NCBI GenBank assembly: GCA_934176955.1
Contig: CAKPOS010000006.1
Location: 8,566 to 72,565 of the forward strand
Direction of reading: 5' to 3'
DNA from: an uncultured Bacilli bacterium
Lineage (GTDB): Bacteria > Bacillota_I > Bacilli_A > RF39 > UBA660
DNA length: 64,000 nt
Positions 58,948 to 64,000 of the stretch are shown in pieces; position 1 is the stretch's first letter, and each line of letters starts with the position of its first letter. The notes beneath the pieces were generated by a model. It had not been told where the DNA came from, searched no databases, and worked only from the letters and a program-made list of their open reading frames with translations. The position numbers and the translations under genes are program-made.

Positions 58948-59763
58948 ATGGGAAAGATTATTGCAATTGTTAATCAAAAAGGTGGAGTAGGGAAGACTAC
59001 AACAAGTATTAATCTATCCGCTTCTTTGGGTGTTTTGAACAAGAAGGTTCTTTTAGTTGATTTGGATCCTCAAGGAAATGCTACTACTGGTGTTGGTGTT
59101 GATAAGGGAGGAATTAATAGTAGTATTTATGAAGTTCTTGTAATGAAATCACCTATTGAGAAATCAATTATTAAAACGAAAAGTAAAAATCTTTATTTAT
59201 TACCAGCATATTTAAACTTAGCTGGTGTTGATATGGAACTTATTGAAATGGAAAAGAAATATCATGCAGAAGGCTTAAAATTTAATCGTGTATTGAGATT
59301 AAAGGAAGAGTTAGATAAAGTTCGGGATAAGTTTGATTTTATTTTTATTGATTGTCCACCTTCTCTTGGAATTTTGACAACGAATGCTTTGGGAGCTGCT
59401 GATAGTGTATTAATTCCTGTTCAATGTGAATATTTTGCATTAGAAGGAATTATGCAATTAATTAATACGATTATGCTTGCTCAGAAGAAAGTAAATCCTA
59501 ATTTAGATATTGAAGGAGTTTTACTTACGATGCTTACTACGAATACTAATTTGGGACTTGAAGTAGTAGATAGTATTAAGGGATTTTTTAAAGAAAGGGT
59601 ATATGATACAATTATACCAAGGTTGATTCGTTTGGCTGAGGCTCCATCTCACGGAAAACCAATATTAGAATATGAGCCTAGAAGTAGGGGAACTTTGGCA
59701 TATTTGAATTTGGCTAAGGAGGTCATTGAGAAGAATGGAACAAAAAAAGAAAGCGTTGGGTAG
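58948..59763 (+). CDS. soj: ParA/Soj chromosome-partitioning ATPase
   Basis: Deviant Walker A NQKGGVGKTTT; 271 aa. Confidence 0.9.
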   Translation: MGKIIAIVNQKGGVGKTTTSINLSASLGVLNKKVLLVDLDPQGNATTGVGVDKGGINSSIYEVLVMKSPIEKSIIKTKSKNLYLLPAYLNLAGVDMELIEMEKKYHAEGLKFNRVLRLKEELDKVRDKFDFIFIDCPPSLGILTTNALGAADSVLIPVQCEYFALEGIMQLINTIMLAQKKVNPNLDIEGVLLTMLTTNTNLGLEVVDSIKGFFKERVYDTIIPRLIRLAEAPSHGKPILEYEPRSRGTLAYLNLAKEVIEKNGTKKESVG

Positions 59764-60613
59764 AGGTCTTGAACAATTATTTAGTAGTGAAGTTTTAGAT
59801 TTTGATACATTTGAAGATAATATTATGGAAAATGCAAAGGAATCTGATATTATTCAAATTTCTTTAGCGGATATTCGTACTAATCCTTATCAACCAAGAA
59901 AGCATTTTGATCAAGAGGCTTTAGATGAATTAGCTACTTCTATTCGTAATTATGGTGTATTTCAACCAATTATTGTAAAGAAAAGTATTAAAGGTTATGA
60001 TTTAGTTGCCGGTGAAAGAAGACTTCGTGCTTCTAAGTTAGCTGGTTTGGAAACGATTCCTGCAATTGTTAAGGATTTTTCGGATGAAGAAATGCGTGAA
60101 ATTGCTTTGCTTGAAAATATTCAAAGAGAAAATCTTACTTCGATTGAACTTGCTTGGGCATATAAGGGAATTATTGATAACCTTCATATTCGACAGGAAG
60201 ATTTAGCTGCTAAAATAGGAAAGAGTCGTAGTCATGTTACAAATACTTTAGGTCTTTTAAAGTTACCAAATGATGTACAAGATATGGTTAGAGATAATCA
60301 AATTTCTATGGGACATGCTAGGGTTCTTAGTAAGATGGAAGATGATGAAAAAGTAGAGGAACTAGCAAAGAAAGTTGTTCAAAATAATATTAGTGTTCGT
60401 GATTTAGAGGATATTTCTAGCCAGGAAAAGGTTGAGAAAAGAGTCCCTATTAATCGTCAAAGTAAAACTAATGAATATCAATATATTGAAGAGGAACTTA
60501 GAGATATTTTAGGAACAAAAGTAAAAGTTGATAATAAAAAAATTGAGATATTCTTTGAATCTAAAGTAGATTTGACAAGAATATTAGATATATTAAATGT
60601 AAATGTTGAGTAA
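59735..60613 (+). CDS. spo0J: ParB/Spo0J chromosome-partitioning protein
   Basis: MEQKKKALGRGLEQLF, arginine box LVAGERRLRASKLAG, and HTH region SRSHVTNTLGLLKL. Confidence 0.9.
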   Translation: MEQKKKALGRGLEQLFSSEVLDFDTFEDNIMENAKESDIIQISLADIRTNPYQPRKHFDQEALDELATSIRNYGVFQPIIVKKSIKGYDLVAGERRLRASKLAGLETIPAIVKDFSDEEMREIALLENIQRENLTSIELAWAYKGIIDNLHIRQEDLAAKIGKSRSHVTNTLGLLKLPNDVQDMVRDNQISMGHARVLSKMEDDEKVEELAKKVVQNNISVRDLEDISSQEKVEKRVPINRQSKTNEYQYIEEELRDILGTKVKVDNKKIEIFFESKVDLTRILDILNVNVE

Positions 60614-60745
60614 TTTATGGAAAAAGTCAATTTCTTGAGGGAGATTGATTTTTTTGTCGGATATTGTAGGGTTGATAGGGGTAGTTTTTTGCTTTTTCTT
60701 ATTTTATAATTTTATTATAGAAGTAAGAGAAAGAGGTGCAACGGT

Positions 60746-60973
60746 ATGAATGGTAGAGTAAAGTGGTTTAATAATGAAAAAGGATATGGATTTATTGATC
60801 ATGCATCAGGTGAAGATATTTTTGTTCATTATTCAGCAATTAAGCAAGATGGGTATAAAACTTTATCTGAAGGCCAATTGGTTAATTTTGATTTGATTGA
60901 AACTCCAAAAGGGCTTCAGGCGGTTAATGTTACAACAGCTATAGATTCTAAAGTTATTCATCATAATTGTTAA
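60746..60973 (+). CDS. cold-shock protein (CspA family) with a short C-terminal extension
   Basis: RNP1 KGYGFI and RNP2 IFVHY. Confidence 0.9.
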   Translation: MNGRVKWFNNEKGYGFIDHASGEDIFVHYSAIKQDGYKTLSEGQLVNFDLIETPKGLQAVNVTTAIDSKVIHHNC

Positions 60974-60974
60974 A

Positions 60975-60999
60975 AAAGCGATGGTTATCGCTTTTTTTG
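60975..60999 (+). terminator. intrinsic terminator after csp
   Basis: AGCGAT-GGTT-ATCGCT followed by T7. Confidence 0.7.
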
Positions 61000-61211
61000 T
61001 GTTTGAAAAATTGAATTTTGAGATGATTTTTTGTTCAAAATTATCTTATTTTGGTAATAAACGAATTTTGGTTAGTATGAATTTTGTTAATTTTATTAAT
61101 CTTTATTAAAAGAAGATATTATTGCAAATAAATTTTTTGAGTAATGTCTGTAATTTTATCTAGTGTATGTTATTTTTTTGTGATAAGATGAAAATAGAAG
61201 AGGTGCTGTTA

Positions 61212-61733
61212 ATGGTGGATTATTCTTTTTTGTTTATACAAGGAATGGATATTGTAGCTTGGGTTATTTTATTTGTTAGTTATTATCAAAAAAATACTAA
61301 TAACGTAATATTATTTCAGATATTTTCAACAATTTTATTTATTTTACATTATTGGTTATTAGGTGCTTATAGTGGAAGTTTAATTTGCTTATTTGAGGTG
61401 TTTAGAGATTGTTTATATTATCGAACTGATAAGGATAAATATATATTTTTATTATCTGTTCCTTTTTATGGCGTTTTAGCTTATTTTAGTTATCGTACTT
61501 GGATTGATTTTCTTCCTATTTTGTCGAGTTTGATTGATGGATATAGTTTGACTTTTTCTCATAAAAAAATTGTCGTTATTGGTGGATTTTTTTCTTACGT
61601 TCTATGGATAATTTATGACTTTTTTGTTGGTTCTTATACTGGTATGATTACTGATAGTTTAATTGTAATATCAAATGTATGTATTTTATTATTTAACAAG
61701 AATGTTGATGGCAAATTATTTAGAAAAATTTAG
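61212..61733 (+). CDS. YgjV-family inner membrane protein
   Basis: Five TM helices. VILFQIFSTILFILHYWLLGAYSGSLICLFEVFRD resembles the YgjV signature. ATG 61212 after GAGGTG. Confidence 0.65.
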   Translation: MVDYSFLFIQGMDIVAWVILFVSYYQKNTNNVILFQIFSTILFILHYWLLGAYSGSLICLFEVFRDCLYYRTDKDKYIFLLSVPFYGVLAYFSYRTWIDFLPILSSLIDGYSLTFSHKKIVVIGGFFSYVLWIIYDFFVGSYTGMITDSLIVISNVCILLFNKNVDGKLFRKI

Positions 61734-61830
61734 TTTAATAGAAATTAGGTCTAGGTAAGTATTTTTAGTCAAAAAAAGATAGACTTTACTTTCATTATTA
61801 GTGTATAATGGTGATTATGAGGTGATATTT

Positions 61831-63120
61831 ATGTTAGATATTAAATTTGTAAGAGAAAATCCTGATAAAGTAAAAGAAAATATTAAGAAGAAATTTCAGG
61901 ATAAAAAATTACCGTTAGTTGATGAAGTTATTGAATTAGATAAAAGAGTTCGTGAATTGAAGGCTGAGGGAGATACTCTTCGTCAACAAAGAAATACAGT
62001 TAGTGATGAGATTGGTAGTTTATTTAGAGAAAAGCGTGTTGATGAGGCTAATGAAAAGAAGCAAGCTGTTGTTGAGATTAATGAAAAATTAGTTGATATT
62101 GAGAAGGAAGAAGAGAAGTTATCTGGACTTTTGAAAGAAAAGATGATGACTATTCCAAATATGATTGCTCCTGATGTTCCTATTGGAGAAGATGATAGTA
62201 AAAATGTGGAAGAGCAAAGATTTGGAGAACCAGTTGTTCCAGATTATGAAATTCCTTATCATTCTGATATTATGGCACGATTTGATGGTTTAGATAAAGA
62301 AGCAGCTGGTCGTGTTAGTGGGGCTGGATTTTATTATTTAATGGGAGATATTGCTAGACTTCATTCTGCTGTTCTTTCTTATGCTAGAGATTTTATGATT
62401 GATAAGGGATTTACTTATTGTATTCCTCCATATATGATTCATGGAGATGCTGTTGATGGTGTTATGTCTTTTGAAGAAAAAGATGCTATGATGTATAAGA
62501 TTGAAGGGGAAGATTTATATCTGATTGGTACTAGTGAGCATTCTATGATTGCTAAGTTTAAAGATCAATTATTGAGTGAAAAAGATTTACCAATTACAAT
62601 GACTTCTTATTCTCCATGTTTTCGTAAAGAAGTAGGTGCTCATGGTATTGAAGAAAGAGGAGTATATCGAATTCATCAATTTGAGAAACAAGAAATGGTA
62701 GTTATTTGTCGCCCAGAAGATAGTGAAACTTGGTATGATAAGATGTGGAATTATTCAGTTGAATTATTTCGTAGCTTAGATATTCCTGTCCGTAAGTTAG
62801 TTTGTTGTTCTGGAGATTTAGCTGATTTGAAATATCGTTCTTGTGATATTGAAGCTTGGAGTCCTAGACAAAAGAAATACTTTGAGGTATGTTCTTGTTC
62901 AAACTTGACAGATGCTCAAGCAAGAAGACTAGGAATAAGATATAAAAAGGAAAATGGAGAAAAAGAGTTTGCACATACTTTAAATAATACTGTTATTGCT
63001 CCACCTAGAATGTTAATTGCGTTTTTAGAGAATAATTTACAAGAAGATGGAAGTGTATTAATTCCAGAAGTATTAAGACCTTATATGGGAGGAAAAGAAA
63101 GATTAATTTCTAAAAAATAA
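61831..63120 (+). CDS. serS: seryl-tRNA synthetase
   Basis: MLDIKFVRENPDKV, an N-terminal coiled-coil arm and a class II core. Confidence 0.95.
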   Translation: MLDIKFVRENPDKVKENIKKKFQDKKLPLVDEVIELDKRVRELKAEGDTLRQQRNTVSDEIGSLFREKRVDEANEKKQAVVEINEKLVDIEKEEEKLSGLLKEKMMTIPNMIAPDVPIGEDDSKNVEEQRFGEPVVPDYEIPYHSDIMARFDGLDKEAAGRVSGAGFYYLMGDIARLHSAVLSYARDFMIDKGFTYCIPPYMIHGDAVDGVMSFEEKDAMMYKIEGEDLYLIGTSEHSMIAKFKDQLLSEKDLPITMTSYSPCFRKEVGAHGIEERGVYRIHQFEKQEMVVICRPEDSETWYDKMWNYSVELFRSLDIPVRKLVCCSGDLADLKYRSCDIEAWSPRQKKYFEVCSCSNLTDAQARRLGIRYKKENGEKEFAHTLNNTVIAPPRMLIAFLENNLQEDGSVLIPEVLRPYMGGKERLISKK

Positions 63121-63162
63121 AAATTTATTTTTTTGATAATTATGATTACAGGGTGATGTTTT

Positions 63163-63753
63163 ATGAAAAATGAAGAATTGGAAAATTTAAGAAAAAAATA
63201 TTTTGATTTAGTAAAATTAAGAAATTATGTATTAAAAGCAAAAGAAGAAATAGAAATTTTGGAAAATAATCCATTAATAAAGGAATATTTAAGGTTAGTT
63301 AATTTTTGCAAGCAAAATGAAAATATTTCTAAGAAATCTGATGATGAACTTTTAAATTATTTTTTAGATAATTTTATTTTATTTAATAATTTTACAGATA
63401 CTAATAATATTTATATGTACATGGGTTCATATGCAACTGAAGAGGACGCTCTTAAGGCAAGTGGTATACAAAGGTCAGATAGTTCTACGGCTAACTATAG
63501 AACATATTTAAGTTTAGAGAGTAGTATTGGTTATTGCAATGATGTGGTGATTGTTCCAGCTAATAAAGTGTCTGATTTTGAAAAAAATCATGAAGTTATT
63601 TATATTGGAGAGCTTTATTCGCCAAAAAAATATTTGGAGCATTTTAAAACAATAAGAAAATTATTTATGAAGGACTGTATGTTAGGATTAGAATCACAAG
63701 AAGAATCAAAAGGTAAGATTTTATCTATGTATAATTGGAAAAAGCCATTTTAG
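63163..63753 (+). CDS. hypothetical protein (196 aa)
   Basis: Clean ORF with a GGGTGA RBS. No recognisable motif. Confidence 0.5.
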   Translation: MKNEELENLRKKYFDLVKLRNYVLKAKEEIEILENNPLIKEYLRLVNFCKQNENISKKSDDELLNYFLDNFILFNNFTDTNNIYMYMGSYATEEDALKASGIQRSDSSTANYRTYLSLESSIGYCNDVVIVPANKVSDFEKNHEVIYIGELYSPKKYLEHFKTIRKLFMKDCMLGLESQEESKGKILSMYNWKKPF

Positions 63754-64000
63754 TTTTTAACTATTTATATGTTTATTGAATTTTTGGGAGGTTGTTATTT
63801 TAAAGTGTTAATAATTAATTTTTTTCAAATGAAAATTGATATGAAGAATTATATATCTATATTTCATATTTTGAAATTAAAATAAAAAAATTTTTATTGT
63901 GATTAATTATTATAATGGTACTAGTAAGAATATAATAGTAGTGTGTAAACTATTTGTTAGATTAAATTTATAGGGTGTTAAATATGAATAGTAGTAATTT

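Overview
This window looks like the replication-origin region of a very AT-rich, spore-forming Firmicute. It uses the standard code: TGA terminates ORFs and Trp is TGG. All calls are by eye from the sequence and the ORF track, with no searches run; start codons are best guesses.

Gene layout:
- Left arm (1-12.2 kb), mostly minus strand: argS (partial), a DUF1934-like gene, PBP1A (+), a ParB-like protein, rsmG-mnmG-mnmE, mscS, jag-yidC-rnpA-rpmH.
- Centre: a solo HerA-like ATPase, a DnaA-box cluster, dnaA, a second DnaA-box cluster, dnaN, comK, recF, gyrB, gyrA.
- A 2-kb gene-free spacer follows gyrA. It holds four parS sites each paired with a DnaA box, a MITE-like element and a minimal SRP RNA.
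- Right arm, plus strand: dnaX-ybaB-recR-bofA-holB-ricT-yabB-rsmI-pth-mfd.
- A 7-kb accessory block follows: frameshift-split membrane protein, HAD phosphatase, DUF2974, Zn-ADH, hsp20, corA, TSCPD.
- Then spoVT, yfhO (-), an orphan structured RNA of about 364 nt, and metG-tatD-apf-like-rsmA-yabG-veg-spoVG-yabP-yabQ-divIC.
- Then an inverted tilS-ftsH pair, a repeat-bearing island of small genes, soj-spo0J, csp, ygjV and serS.
- I saw no rRNA, tRNA, CRISPR array, transposase or phage genes.

The most interesting theme is an unusual origin and centromere organisation:
- parS plus DnaA-box composite modules.
- A HerA-type translocase wedged between rpmH and oriC.
- A ParB N-domain protein with a long Q/N-rich tail in the noc slot, while soj-spo0J sit about 45 kb away on the other replichore.
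- comK between dnaN and recF, behind three perfectly phased Spo0A boxes.
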